A stretch of 64,000 nt of DNA, from NCBI GenBank assembly GCA_045634445.1, contig JAZRAG010000058.1, forward strand, positions 2,499-66,498, in the 5' to 3' direction. The notes beneath the pieces were generated by a model. That model ran no database searches. It had not been told where the DNA came from and saw nothing but the letters and a program-made list of their open reading frames with translations. Each line of letters opens with the position of its first letter. The first letter of the stretch is position 1. This DNA is from Candidatus Spyradenecus sp. GTDB taxonomy: Bacteria; Verrucomicrobiota; Kiritimatiellia; RFP12; DVOR01. Below are positions 34,984 through 45,251 of this stretch, one piece after another. The translations under genes and the position numbers were made by a program.

Positions 34984-36827
34984 TTCTCATCCTTTAGTTG
35001 TGCATCACAATAGGCTTGATAGAGAGCTTTACCCATATAACGCGAGATATCACGTGGAGAAGCTTTGAGCAAATCAACCACAATAAGTCCGTCAATTGTT
35101 GTTCCAAAACTAGGGTCAATGTTGAACGCAACAATTTCACCTCCTAATTTGAGGTATTGACGAATGAGGATTGGAATCTCATGACGACCTTCTTCAATTT
35201 CACTAATAGCGTGATTAATATCGTCTTCACCCTCTCGGAAGTCGACATAATCGGCATGTTGCCATTCTGCTAAACGTAAGAATTTTGGAGGCAATCGTGC
35301 TGCTATCCAATTTGCAAGAGATTGATTATACGCAGTTCGCTTGAGATATTCAATTAGGAGAGCAGAAGAGGCTTCACTAAATTCATGTGAAATGCTTACA
35401 GGACCAAAGAGAATTGTATAGCGAGGATGCTGCGCAATAAACGTCAAAACGCCTCGCCAAAGAAGGAGTAGGGGCGCAAAGGTTTTTTGATAACTAGGAC
35501 GCACAAATGAACGACCTAATTCGATTGCTGGACCTGGTAAATGGCCTAAAAAGCGTTCATCAAACTGAAAAAGTGTGCGTGTATAAAGTGCATTTAGACC
35601 TTTTTCTTCTACTAATACATCGGTCAATGCTAAACGATAACACCCCACAATTGCACGATCATGACGTTGCCAAAGAATAATCTGATAGTACGATTCGTCA
35701 AATTCATCAATGTCTAAGGTGTGACCAGTACCTTCACCTGCAGCACGAAATGTTAATTCACGGAGACGCCCAATTTCTGATAGTGTAATTGGGATATACT
35801 TCCCTTGGATAGCATACACAATATGATCATCTGTCGTGAAAAGGGTCGCGTCAAGTGGCAATGAAGCAATTTCTGCCTCAATACGTTCCGGCGGAATGGG
35901 TGCAATAACAGGCTCAATGACACGTTCTTCTGTATCAAGCGTGAGTCGTTTCATTTGGGTATTAAACCACGTTTCACGTTGACGACCTTCCAACAAAAAG
36001 GTACGAAAACGCAAATAACGAAGAGCGTCATTGTCGTCGGAAAAACGTTTAAAAAGATTCTGCGAGGAAAGAGGGGCGCCAACATACAGTGAAAGGGTTC
36101 GATTCTGGAGACGCAACATTTCACGTGCGAGTAGCAGAGTCCTCAATCTTGGATGAATTTTACCCATCAAATGGAAAAGCAGAGAAGCCGATCCTGGAAT
36201 GTAAACGGGTAATATTTGGAGAGATTCAGTAGCTTTTCGTAAAAGTGTCATCACCGAAACATGCCAAACAGCATCTCGCACATGGAAGGCTTTCGGTTCA
36301 AAACTTGCAACTTCACCAGAAGGAAAAATAATTAACGCATGTCCATCACGAAGCCAATTCAATGCTTGACGAATCGCATGAATATTACGCGTGGCAGAGT
36401 CTGCAAGTCCGAAAGGATCTACGAAAAAGATATGTTCGCGTAATTCTGGAATACGTTTGAGGATAAAATTGCCTAGAATCTTTACGTCGGGACGTTGTTG
36501 ACGAATGAGTTCAAGCAATGCTAACCCCTCTGTTCCACCAAAAGGGTGATTTGCAACAATTGCTAAAGCGCCTGTCGTCGGAATCTTTTGGCGATCTGTG
36601 TCCGACACGGCCACCTTAATCTTCATCGCTTCTAAGGTTTGTTTGGCAAAAGACTCGTCGTGCTGCGTAGCACTCACTTTTGAATAAATTTGCTGAAGTT
36701 GTGTTAACCCCAAGAGTTTCTCAGCCCAACGATGCGACACCTTCGCAAGCGCCCTTAACCATGGCCGACGAATTTGTTGCCATGGAAGGGTAAAAACTGC
36801 TTGCGAGGGGTCTTCGGATGGTTCCAT
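34971..36827 (-). CDS. Bifunctional acyltransferase, OlsF-like (N-terminal PlsC-type lysophospholipid acyltransferase + C-terminal OlsB/GNAT-type N-acyltransferase)
   Basis: N-domain IVANHPFGGTEG...IIFPSGEV (LPLAT motifs I and IV-like). C-domain ...RAAGEGTGHTLDIDEFD...AIELGRSFV resembles the OlsB/hemolysin-like N-acyltransferase family. 618 aa. Confidence 0.5.
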   Translation of the reverse strand: MEPSEDPSQAVFTLPWQQIRRPWLRALAKVSHRWAEKLLGLTQLQQIYSKVSATQHDESFAKQTLEAMKIKVAVSDTDRQKIPTTGALAIVANHPFGGTEGLALLELIRQQRPDVKILGNFILKRIPELREHIFFVDPFGLADSATRNIHAIRQALNWLRDGHALIIFPSGEVASFEPKAFHVRDAVWHVSVMTLLRKATESLQILPVYIPGSASLLFHLMGKIHPRLRTLLLAREMLRLQNRTLSLYVGAPLSSQNLFKRFSDDNDALRYLRFRTFLLEGRQRETWFNTQMKRLTLDTEERVIEPVIAPIPPERIEAEIASLPLDATLFTTDDHIVYAIQGKYIPITLSEIGRLRELTFRAAGEGTGHTLDIDEFDESYYQIILWQRHDRAIVGCYRLALTDVLVEEKGLNALYTRTLFQFDERFLGHLPGPAIELGRSFVRPSYQKTFAPLLLLWRGVLTFIAQHPRYTILFGPVSISHEFSEASSALLIEYLKRTAYNQSLANWIAARLPPKFLRLAEWQHADYVDFREGEDDINHAISEIEEGRHEIPILIRQYLKLGGEIVAFNIDPSFGTTIDGLIVVDLLKASPRDISRYMGKALYQAYCDAQLKDEKCES

Positions 36828-36867
36828 ACTTACGCTACGAAATCAGAACGATTGTATGGCACAACTT

Positions 36868-39066
36868 TTATTGGAAGAGCATGCCTTCCGGCGAACTCTC
36901 AGCCGCATTTTCAGAAGCTACCCACCACTGTGGGCGCTTCGTATCAATGCGTTCGATCTGCTTTGAGGTCATTTGAATACCCTTGGAAGATGCGGCGGTA
37001 ACACGTACCTTCTGCGGATCAAAAGCCAACTGAGAATAACGCTGATACTTCAGGAATTTAAACTTCACATAAATCGTTTCAGGAGTACCACGATAGAGCA
37101 AGAGAATTGTTGCTCCCTCTGGTACGAGGCTATAATCCTTATTTAAGATCATACCGCCCCATGTGAAACGCTTGATGTATGTAAAGCCATAAAGCGGTTC
37201 ATAATAGACGCAAGTAAAGATTTCGTCGCGATTGTAAATGCCAGCGGTGAAGTAATTAACGGGGGCACGCTGTTTGAGTGCGCCGAGCCATTCCTTATCT
37301 GGTTCGTATTCGGCATCAGCAAGCAATTTGTCTGGTGGCGGCGTAAAACGATAACGCCCATTACTCCACACCATATAAATCTTGTCGAGACTTGAACAAG
37401 GGAAGAGAGGTGTGCCACCCTTGATGTCGTGACCGATATAACGATCTTCAGAGAGGCGAAGTGTCAATTCTGTCGAGGTTAAGGCACGCTCGTCAATTTC
37501 CTGGAATCCGTCAGCTACTTCTGTTAAACGTGGATAAACCTTAGCGTATTCCTTCAAGAGGCCTTTAAGGAACTTCACTGCATAACGTGCGAGATGGCCA
37601 AGATCGTCAGTAATTTGAGCATGTTCTTGACGAAGCGCTTCCATTTCATCATTATGACGATTGATATCGTAAAGTGAGATACGACGAATCGGAATCTTTA
37701 AGAGCATTTCGATTTCATCGTCAGTAATTTCGTGACCAATCTGTTCCATGAAGGGGGCAAAGCCAAGGCGAATCTCCATTGCCACACCTTCCGCAGTTTT
37801 GACTGTTTCAATGCGCTTATAAATACGATTCTCAATGAAAATCGCTTCCAAAGTTTTGCGCATCATCAACTGATCAATTTCGCTTAAGCGAACGCGGAAC
37901 TCTGCAGCAAAAATATCCTGTAAACGTTGTGCATGGTCAGCCAACATTTCTGCAACAGAGAGTTCAACCGGACGATTGTCACGCAATACTACGATACGAC
38001 TAGAAATCTTACGTTCACATTCTGTGAAGGCATAGAGGGCTTTGCGAACCTTCTCTAAATCAGAGCCAGGTGTCAAAGAAAGTTCGATTTCAACCTTTTC
38101 CGCAGTGAAGTTATCAATATGACGAATGGGCAACTTCTTGGTCTTAATCGCCTTTTCAATCGATTCTGCCAAGCGGTCGGTCGTGATGCCGTAAGGTACA
38201 GAGGTGATAAAGAGTTTATTCTTTTCTTTATCACGTTGTTCAATCTTTGCACGGACGCGGACGCTACCATTGCCATTATTGTATTCCGAAGCGTCCATCA
38301 CACCGCCAGTTATGAAGTCAGGCAAGAGTGTAGGACAGGGCTTCTTTTGAAGAATAGCAATTTCAGCTTCCAAGAGTTCTGGGAAGTTATGTGGCAAAAT
38401 GGCAGTTGATAAGCCTACTGCAATGCCGTCTACACCTAACATCAAACTCAGTGGAATCTTAGCAGGAAGGAGAATCGGCTCTTTGTTACGACCATCATAA
38501 CTTGGAACGTAATCTGTGATTTTCGGAGAGAAAAGCTGTTCGCGCGCAAGCTTTGTTAGACGACATTCAATGTAACGTGCAGCAGCAGCTTCGTCTCCAG
38601 TAAAGATATTGCCGAAGTTACCTTGCCCTTGGATTAAATAGCGTTTGTTAGCGAGTGTAACGATAGCATCTTTAATTGCAGCATCACCATGCGGATGGTA
38701 ATGCATCGTGTTACCTACGACACCCGCCACTTTGGAGAAACGCCCATCGTCCTTTTCCCACATGGCATGGAGAATTCGACGCTGAACGGGCTTCAATCCG
38801 TCTTCTACGGTCGGAAGTGCGCGGTCACAGATAGAGTAGGAGGCGAACTGTAAGAAGTTCGCTTCCATCAAACGTCCAAAGGGGCCTCGGTCATGCACTT
38901 CAGGCACGGAGATCTTCTGTGGTGCAATTACGGCTACAGGTGGAGGTGTGTCACCTTCAAAAGAGGACTCTTCGGCTTCTTCTGTAGTTTCTGCAGAGGT
39001 GTCAAGAATTTCAGAGAGAAATTCATCTTGCAGGCTATCGTTATCGTCTTGGCTATTTTTCGACAT
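36868..39066 (-). CDS. Type IIA topoisomerase A subunit (ParC/GyrA family; ParC-like by length), acidic N-terminal extension
   Basis: GLKPVQRRILHAM, HYHPHGDAAIKDAIV, active-site region AARYIECRLTKLA, IAVGLSTAILPHNF. 732 aa, short C-terminal domain. Confidence 0.7.
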   Translation of the reverse strand: MSKNSQDDNDSLQDEFLSEILDTSAETTEEAEESSFEGDTPPPVAVIAPQKISVPEVHDRGPFGRLMEANFLQFASYSICDRALPTVEDGLKPVQRRILHAMWEKDDGRFSKVAGVVGNTMHYHPHGDAAIKDAIVTLANKRYLIQGQGNFGNIFTGDEAAAARYIECRLTKLAREQLFSPKITDYVPSYDGRNKEPILLPAKIPLSLMLGVDGIAVGLSTAILPHNFPELLEAEIAILQKKPCPTLLPDFITGGVMDASEYNNGNGSVRVRAKIEQRDKEKNKLFITSVPYGITTDRLAESIEKAIKTKKLPIRHIDNFTAEKVEIELSLTPGSDLEKVRKALYAFTECERKISSRIVVLRDNRPVELSVAEMLADHAQRLQDIFAAEFRVRLSEIDQLMMRKTLEAIFIENRIYKRIETVKTAEGVAMEIRLGFAPFMEQIGHEITDDEIEMLLKIPIRRISLYDINRHNDEMEALRQEHAQITDDLGHLARYAVKFLKGLLKEYAKVYPRLTEVADGFQEIDERALTSTELTLRLSEDRYIGHDIKGGTPLFPCSSLDKIYMVWSNGRYRFTPPPDKLLADAEYEPDKEWLGALKQRAPVNYFTAGIYNRDEIFTCVYYEPLYGFTYIKRFTWGGMILNKDYSLVPEGATILLLYRGTPETIYVKFKFLKYQRYSQLAFDPQKVRVTAASSKGIQMTSKQIERIDTKRPQWWVASENAAESSPEGMLFQ

Positions 39067-39093
39067 GGGCGGTTAGAATAACGGCAGGGAAAA

Positions 39094-40977
39094 TTACTTT
39101 ACGGGTGCGGCATCTTGCTGCATGACTTGTTCGAAGTAGACTTCGGTAACACGGCCAGGAAGCGGGGTCTTATTGCGCATAGCTTCCTTCAATTCTGCAG
39201 CAGAGTCAGCATCATACCACCAATAGACAGGAATGGAGGATTCGTCACCAAAGCGACCCAACACCGTCGAAGGCGTACCAAACTTGTTCCAATAGAGCAA
39301 ACGCGTAGAGTCGGTGTTCCATGTGAGTGCGTAGGGTACGGCATCGGTCAAAATCTTGTCAATCTGACGCATGATTTCATTGCGCTTAGCAGAGGAGAAT
39401 TCAGACTTCTGCTGTTCAATCAAAGCATCGATTTCAGGAGTGTGGAAACCAGTCAAATTGATGCCATTAGGCGTTTCTGCGAAAGTGCTGCTCCACATTG
39501 GTTCAGGGTCACGGAAAAGGGAACCAGAGAAGGCACTGGTTGTGACATCAAAGTTATACTTACCTGTTTCGCGCATCCAGGTGGCGAAGTCCTTTTGAGA
39601 GATTTCAAGGCCAATTCCTACGCGATCCAAGGCTTCCTTGAAGAGTGCGAGGTAAACACTATCACTTGCAGAACGGCTCAAAATGCGAATTACAAAAGGC
39701 TGGCCATCGCGTTCCATCTTACCAGTCTGCGGATTGATAGCAAAACCAGCTTCATTTAAAAGAGCCACAGCTGCATCGGGATTAAACTCAAAGAGGGTGT
39801 TGGTGCAGGGATTGCTCGAGTTGTAGAGGTCACGGCAGTAGGAGTCCTGCATAAAGTAGGCATTGTACATAAGGGTACGCACCATACGGCGACGATCAAA
39901 GAGCATTGCCACAGCCTTACGGACGCGCACATCATCGTAGGGTTTACGACGAGTATTCATCGCAAGGCCCTGGAAGCCAACGGGCTGAAGATTGTGCACA
40001 TTCTGCTTCAGAACCCAATTCTTTTCAAAGCGTTCGCCAACACTTTCCGTATTCCACACACGTGCAGAATAGACGGGATAGGTGTCAACCTCACCCTTCT
40101 TAAAGGCTTCGTACGCATTGTTCTGGTCCATGAAGAAGCGAATGCGAATCTTTTCAAAGTTGTAGACGCCCTTGCCAGAAGGCGTGTCAAAGCACCACCA
40201 ATCTGCGCGACGCGTAAGGGTCATGCTAAGACCTTCCTTGTGTTCAGTCACCATATAAGGACCGCCCACGATGGGAAGATCAAAGTTGATTTCATTGAAG
40301 TAAAGTTCTTCATCGCGACCTTCTTCGCGGCACTTCGCCTTTGCCGCGTCCAAGAGCTTCTTAGGCATAATGTAAAGGGAGAGACCTGCGCTATTAAGGT
40401 TACGCCAATGCACTTCCTTACAAGGGAAACGCAAGGTATTGCTGTCAATGATTTCCGGAGATTCCAAAGCGGAGAACATCACCTTAAAGGGACCCGAGAG
40501 GCTCTTAGGAGCGGTCACGGCGTCAAAAGTTGCTTTCACGTCCTCTGCAGTAATGGGAGAGCCATCGCTCCAACGCGCACGCGTATCAATATGGAAAGTA
40601 TAGCTAAGCTTGTCAGGGCTAATTTCCCACCAGTCTGCCAAACCTGGAGCAACGTCACCCGTAATGGGGTCGGTACCCAAAAGCGAAGGATAAAGCATGC
40701 CGAACACCATCATTGTGAAGGTGTTGTTATCTAAATAACCGTTAAAGCTCTTCGGCGGGTTGTTACCTGCATAGTTTAAGGTGCCACCCACTTGTGCATA
40801 GGGTGAAGCATAAGGGGAGGGTTCTTCCTTCCAATCAGGCTTTGGGAAACGTTCTGCGACTGCGGGTGCAGTTTCAGGCATGGGTGCAGGTGCCACCGTA
40901 GCCGTCTGCTCAGCAGCCGTCGCAGAGGCGACCGCACTCATAAAAAGGGATGAAAACAGTACAAAACTTAACTTCAT
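39094..40977 (-). CDS. ABC transporter substrate-binding protein, family 5 (oligopeptide/dipeptide-type)
   Basis: Signal peptide MKLSFVLFSSLFMSAVASATA. SBP_bac_5-like blocks (GGTLNYAG..., YNFEKIRIRFFMDQNNAYEAFKKGEVD). Start set at ATG 40977. Confidence 0.7.
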   Translation of the reverse strand: MKLSFVLFSSLFMSAVASATAAEQTATVAPAPMPETAPAVAERFPKPDWKEEPSPYASPYAQVGGTLNYAGNNPPKSFNGYLDNNTFTMMVFGMLYPSLLGTDPITGDVAPGLADWWEISPDKLSYTFHIDTRARWSDGSPITAEDVKATFDAVTAPKSLSGPFKVMFSALESPEIIDSNTLRFPCKEVHWRNLNSAGLSLYIMPKKLLDAAKAKCREEGRDEELYFNEINFDLPIVGGPYMVTEHKEGLSMTLTRRADWWCFDTPSGKGVYNFEKIRIRFFMDQNNAYEAFKKGEVDTYPVYSARVWNTESVGERFEKNWVLKQNVHNLQPVGFQGLAMNTRRKPYDDVRVRKAVAMLFDRRRMVRTLMYNAYFMQDSYCRDLYNSSNPCTNTLFEFNPDAAVALLNEAGFAINPQTGKMERDGQPFVIRILSRSASDSVYLALFKEALDRVGIGLEISQKDFATWMRETGKYNFDVTTSAFSGSLFRDPEPMWSSTFAETPNGINLTGFHTPEIDALIEQQKSEFSSAKRNEIMRQIDKILTDAVPYALTWNTDSTRLLYWNKFGTPSTVLGRFGDESSIPVYWWYDADSAAELKEAMRNKTPLPGRVTEVYFEQVMQQDAAPVK

Positions 40978-40978
40978 G

Positions 40979-41509
40979 TTAGGACTCTTTCCGTTTATTT
41001 CTAAAGAAATCAACAAATTGTTCTCGGCACAGGTCTTCTAAAATACCTGATACCAAGATGGGGTGATGGTTCACTTTCTTGCTCGATAGTATACCAAATT
41101 CATGCTCGCCGCCGCGATCTTTATCACTTAAACCCCAAACAATCATTTCAGGACGCGCCCAAATCAATGCGCCAGCGCACATGGGGCAGGGTTCTTTTGT
41201 AACGTAAACAATCGCGTTTTTTAATCGCCAATCGCCCACTTTTGCCGTGGCAGAGGTGATTGCAATCATTTCTGCGTGCGCGGTGGGATCATTCAGCATT
41301 TCAGTCTGATTATGGGCTTTTGCGAGGATTTTTGCACTCCACGGATCTGACAGTTCTGGACGTTTAGCAAGACTTGGGTCAAAAAAGACCTCTGGAACTT
41401 GCACAATCACGCACCCGCATGGCACTTCACCAGCCATGCTTGAAGCATCGGCTTCGCGCAAGGCGATCCGCATAAAGTGTTCGTGAAAGCGTTGTTCAAC
41501 TTCAGTCAT
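40979..41509 (-). CDS. tadA: tRNA-specific adenosine deaminase
   Basis: FMRIALREA...GEVPCGCVIV...HAEMIAITSA...KEPCPMCAGAL CDA-fold TadA motifs. 176 aa. Confidence 0.8.
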   Translation of the reverse strand: MTEVEQRFHEHFMRIALREADASSMAGEVPCGCVIVQVPEVFFDPSLAKRPELSDPWSAKILAKAHNQTEMLNDPTAHAEMIAITSATAKVGDWRLKNAIVYVTKEPCPMCAGALIWARPEMIVWGLSDKDRGGEHEFGILSSKKVNHHPILVSGILEDLCREQFVDFFRNKRKES

Positions 41510-42680
41510 GTGAGGAGTTTAAATTATTCTTGCGAATGGTTGCCGCCGAAACGGTACAAAGTAATCGTGCAAACGCAAAGGAGGCTTTTGCCATTGCTGT
41601 AGTGGTAAGATTCTGGGCACATGCAAGACCTCGCTCAATTTGCCGTTCACGAAGGGTTGAGGAGAGCGTCAAGGCCGTAAATGCTTGCATCCACTCGCGC
41701 ACATCTGTCGGATGTACGCGTAATACAGCCTGCCCGTACAATTCCTTATTCGTGGCATTTGCAGTACAGATAACTGGCGTTCCCGTCGCTAACGCACGCA
41801 AAATCGAGTAGGGGAAGGTCAATGCTTGTGAGGGTTCAAAAAGCATTGCCGCACCACTATAAAGCACCGATTCTTCCACAGGCGTCAAGGACTTTACGTC
41901 AATGAAGCGAACCATACCTTCCAAATGGCAATCACGAATTTCATCACGAAGCAAATCGTGCAATTCCGCATCGCCGAGCACCACGCAAGTGATTGACGAC
42001 ACTTCTTCGCTTGTTCCCATCGCCTTTAAGACTGGTGTCAGGAATTGCGCGGTACTAACTGAACCCGTTGTAAGCACGTAACGCTGCGGAATCAAGTGCT
42101 TTCGGCGCACAGTTAAAATCTCTTCTGCCGAGTGTTGACGAAACACAGGATGTACGCCATTGGCAATCATAAAGGTCTTGTGACGTGCGGACAATCCAAT
42201 TAACTGAATCAGTCGCGTCGAAATTGCTTTCGTTGGGCAAATAATCGCATCGGCACGCATCAAGTTCTGGGAGGAGCGGCGTTGATGGAGATAACGACGC
42301 CAAAACGGCCCTTTACCAATTGCCAAAAGCGTGCTAAGGTCTGCCACACCATAAACCGACTTGCATACGTGACGTTTCGTCTTAGGCGGTGAAAGCGTTG
42401 TGTCAGCAGACCACCAAATGTCAGGCTTTACTTGCTCAACTAACTTACGCAGTTCTATGGCACCTGCGCGACGCCTCGGATGCTTTTGAGAGGCTTCCAC
42501 GTAACGCACTGAAGGATGTTCAATACGTCCCCACGTTAAGTGCGTGGAAGTCCCTAAAAAGATCGTGACCTTATCCCCTTCATCAAGCGCTGGCAAAAAA
42601 GCATCAACCATATCTGCCATATAAGAGGAGGCAGATATGGAAAGACGCTTAAATGTCCTCAAATCAAAGAGGATATGCAC
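41502..42680 (-). CDS. Glycosyltransferase family 4-like (GT-B)
   Basis: GT4-like C-terminal region (…YSGAAMLFEPSQALTFPYSILRALATGTPVICTA). GTG start 8 nt after ackA stop. Possible downstream ATG starts at M21/M24. Confidence 0.55.
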   Translation of the reverse strand: MHILFDLRTFKRLSISASSYMADMVDAFLPALDEGDKVTIFLGTSTHLTWGRIEHPSVRYVEASQKHPRRRAGAIELRKLVEQVKPDIWWSADTTLSPPKTKRHVCKSVYGVADLSTLLAIGKGPFWRRYLHQRRSSQNLMRADAIICPTKAISTRLIQLIGLSARHKTFMIANGVHPVFRQHSAEEILTVRRKHLIPQRYVLTTGSVSTAQFLTPVLKAMGTSEEVSSITCVVLGDAELHDLLRDEIRDCHLEGMVRFIDVKSLTPVEESVLYSGAAMLFEPSQALTFPYSILRALATGTPVICTANATNKELYGQAVLRVHPTDVREWMQAFTALTLSSTLRERQIERGLACAQNLTTTAMAKASFAFARLLCTVSAATIRKNNLNSSHD

Positions 42681-42688
42681 GGTAGGAA

Positions 42689-43900
42689 TTACTGATTAAC
42701 CACGGAGAAGGTTTCACGAGCAATCATGAGTTCTTCATTCGTGGGAATCACATAAACAGGGATGGAGGAGTCGTCGCCAGAGATAATCTTCTCAATGCCA
42801 CGGACCTGATCATTCACTTCAGCATTCAAGGTAACGCCCAAGCCGCTAATTGCCTTCAAGAGAGCTGCGCGTGTTTCCTTGCTGTTTTCGCCGATACCAC
42901 CCGTCAAAACGATAGCATCCACGCGACCCAAAAGTGCCGTGTAACCACCGACATACATTGCGTAGCTGTGCACCAAACGTGCCACTGCACCCTGAGCTTC
43001 TTCATTGCCTGCATCGCAAGCAGCCCAAAGGTCACGCATATCGCTAGAACCCGTACCACCGAGGGCCAAAACGCCACCCTTCTTATTCATCAAAGTATCG
43101 ATATCATCTGCAGAATAGCCGTTCTTCAAGAGATAAAGCACCACTGCAGGATCAATGTCGCCCGAGCGCGTACCCATCATCACACCAGCCAAAGGCGTCA
43201 TGCCCATGGAGGTATCAAAGCACTTGCCGCCCTTAACAGCCGTAATCGAAGAACCATTACCCAAGTGGCACGTGATGATATTCATCTCATCCAAAGGCTT
43301 GCCCAAAACTTCTGCCATGCGCAAAGTCACAAACTTGTGGCTCGTACCATGGAAGCCATACTTGCGCACGCCAAGCGTCTTGTACACTTCCTTAGGAAGC
43401 GCATAGAGATAGCTTTCTTCCGGCATCGTCTGATGGAAAGCCGTGTCAAACACACCCACGTGCGGCACATCGGCGAGCACCTTCTGGCAGCCGTTCACGC
43501 CTTGCAAGCAAGCCGGATTGTGCAAAGGTGCCAAGGGGCTCAACTTTTCAAACACTTCCAATACTTTCGGCGTCAACAACACGGAGCCCGAATATTCTTC
43601 GCCGCCGTGCACCATGCGGTGACCCACAGCATCAATATCAGAGAAGCTCTTCAAGCAGCCGCCCTTAGCAGGATCCGTCAAAGCGTCGCAAGCAATCTTC
43701 ACTGCTGCTGCATGATCAGGTGCATCACACGGCACGCCCTTTTCAGTATAATCACCAGCAGAGAATGTCAACAAAGGATTTTCAATGCCAATGCGCTCCA
43801 CCAAGCCTTTCGCGAGCATTTTTTCAGCTTCCATATCAAAAAGCATAAACTTCAACGAAGAGCTACCTGCGTTCACCACGAGAATATTGCGAATGCCCAT
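42689..43900 (-). CDS. ackA: Acetate kinase
   Basis: ILVVNAGSSSLKF, HRMVHGG, VLTGGIGENS are acetate/propionate kinase signatures. 403 aa. Confidence 0.9.
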   Translation of the reverse strand: MGIRNILVVNAGSSSLKFMLFDMEAEKMLAKGLVERIGIENPLLTFSAGDYTEKGVPCDAPDHAAAVKIACDALTDPAKGGCLKSFSDIDAVGHRMVHGGEEYSGSVLLTPKVLEVFEKLSPLAPLHNPACLQGVNGCQKVLADVPHVGVFDTAFHQTMPEESYLYALPKEVYKTLGVRKYGFHGTSHKFVTLRMAEVLGKPLDEMNIITCHLGNGSSITAVKGGKCFDTSMGMTPLAGVMMGTRSGDIDPAVVLYLLKNGYSADDIDTLMNKKGGVLALGGTGSSDMRDLWAACDAGNEEAQGAVARLVHSYAMYVGGYTALLGRVDAIVLTGGIGENSKETRAALLKAISGLGVTLNAEVNDQVRGIEKIISGDDSSIPVYVIPTNEELMIARETFSVVNQ

Positions 43901-43957
43901 CTAAAAATCTCCTTAAATAAAGTGGAAAGATGTCTTAGTATACCATGAAAACCACCC

Positions 43958-44110
43958 TTGTGGCAAGGAGAAACTATCCTATTAATAAATATGCAAATTC
44001 AAAAAGGCTTGTTTTACGCGTCAAAACAACTGCTTTTCAAAATCAAAAGAGGTTGTTTTGAGATTCAAAAGAGGTTGTTTTCAAAAAGCCTTTCAAAATC
44101 TACTTTTCAT
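43958..44110. repeat. Cluster of GGTTGTTTT/AAAACAACC-family repeat units in the ackA / rpsB divergent intergenic region
   Basis: caaaaaggcttgtttt ... gtcaaaacaactgc ... tcaaaagaggttgttttga (x2) ... caaaaagcctttc. Same family as 19800-19935, 12020-12065 and 50415-50492. Confidence 0.6.
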
Positions 44111-44177
44111 TATTACAGCGAAAAGGTAGGGGAGAGAGGCTCCTTTTAACAAAAAGCGTAAAAATAACTAAAAATGC

Positions 44178-44208
44178 TTGCGTTAAGTGAACCGAATTTG
44201 ATATTATT
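44178..44208 (+). promoter_or_regulatory. Sigma-70 promoter for rpsB-tsf (TTGCGT -N17- ATATTAT) followed by ~116-nt leader
   Basis: gcTTGCGTtaagtgaaccgaatttgATATTATtctg. Long GC-rich leader before ATG 44330 could carry S2 autoregulatory structure. Confidence 0.45.
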
Positions 44209-44329
44209 CTGCGCATTACGTCTCTGGGATGCGTGTCCGAGGGCGTAAGAAGCGAAGAAATGTCCGTCCGCGTGTACGGCTTTCCGAGTGGATTAAACGA
44301 TAACTACACGTTTTAGAAAGAGACGCATC

Positions 44330-45223
44330 ATGGCGCATCTTATCCCGTTGAAGGACCTCATCGAAGCAGGTCTTCATTTCGGCCACCAGACCAAGCGTTG
44401 GAACCCGAAGATGAAATCTTACATCTTCGACAAGCGCGAAGGTATCCACATCATCGACCTCACTCAGACCGTTGAGTTGCTTGACGAAGCAACCGAATTC
44501 TTGCGCGGCGTTGTCGCTAACGGTCAGAAGGTCCTCTTCGTGGCCACCAAGAAGCAGGCTCAGGAAGTTGTTAAGGAAGCAGCTCAGGCTTGCAATCAGT
44601 ACTACATGACCGAACGTTGGCTCGGTGGTACGCTCACCAACAACCAGACCATCCGTCGTAGCATCAAGCGCATGTTCCAGATTCAGAACATCGCTCGCAA
44701 CAACAATGGCGTGCTCTCCGAACACAAGCAGGAAGCTTCCGCTCTCGCTCGTGAACTCGAAAAGCTCGAAACCAACCTCACCGGTATCGCTGACATGGAT
44801 CGCATGCCCGGCGCTCTCTTCGTGGTGGACGTCTGCCGTGAAGCTAACGCTGTGAAGGAAGCAAAGCGCCTCGGCATCCCCGTGGTCGCAATCGTTGACT
44901 CCAACGCTGATCCCGATCCTATCGACTACGTGATCCCTGGTAACGACGACTCCGTGCGCGGTATCCAGCTCATCGTCTCCAAGCTCGCAGAAGTGCTCAA
45001 GGACGCTGATGGCGAAGCTGCTAAGGCTGCAGCTGAAGCTCGTGCTGCTGCTGAAGCTGAACGCGCACAGCAGAAGGCTGACAAGCCCGCTCGTGCTCCT
45101 CGCAAGGGTACTTCTCGTAAGGGCACTCCTCGCAAGGCCGCTGCCGCCGCTCAGGAAACCGTCGCTGCTGCTAAGGCTGAAGCCGAAGCTGAAACCGCAG
45201 CTACCGCTCCTGCCGCTGAATAA
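44330..45223 (+). CDS. rpsB: 30S ribosomal protein S2 with Ala/Lys/Glu-rich C-terminal extension
   Basis: LIEAGLHFGHQTKRWNPKMKSYIF and FVVDVCREANAVKEAKRLGIPVVAIVDSN are S2 signatures. ~60-aa low-complexity tail. Confidence 0.9.
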   Translation: MAHLIPLKDLIEAGLHFGHQTKRWNPKMKSYIFDKREGIHIIDLTQTVELLDEATEFLRGVVANGQKVLFVATKKQAQEVVKEAAQACNQYYMTERWLGGTLTNNQTIRRSIKRMFQIQNIARNNNGVLSEHKQEASALARELEKLETNLTGIADMDRMPGALFVVDVCREANAVKEAKRLGIPVVAIVDSNADPDPIDYVIPGNDDSVRGIQLIVSKLAEVLKDADGEAAKAAAEARAAAEAERAQQKADKPARAPRKGTSRKGTPRKAAAAAQETVAAAKAEAEAETAATAPAAE

Positions 45224-45251
45224 GCCCCTAAGTATCATAGGAGTTTGAACA

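Noticed and set aside
42968-43948. 326-aa plus-strand ORF across ackA
   Set aside because: Antisense shadow of acetate kinase. Its composition (H/R/A-rich) is typical of reverse-frame artefacts.
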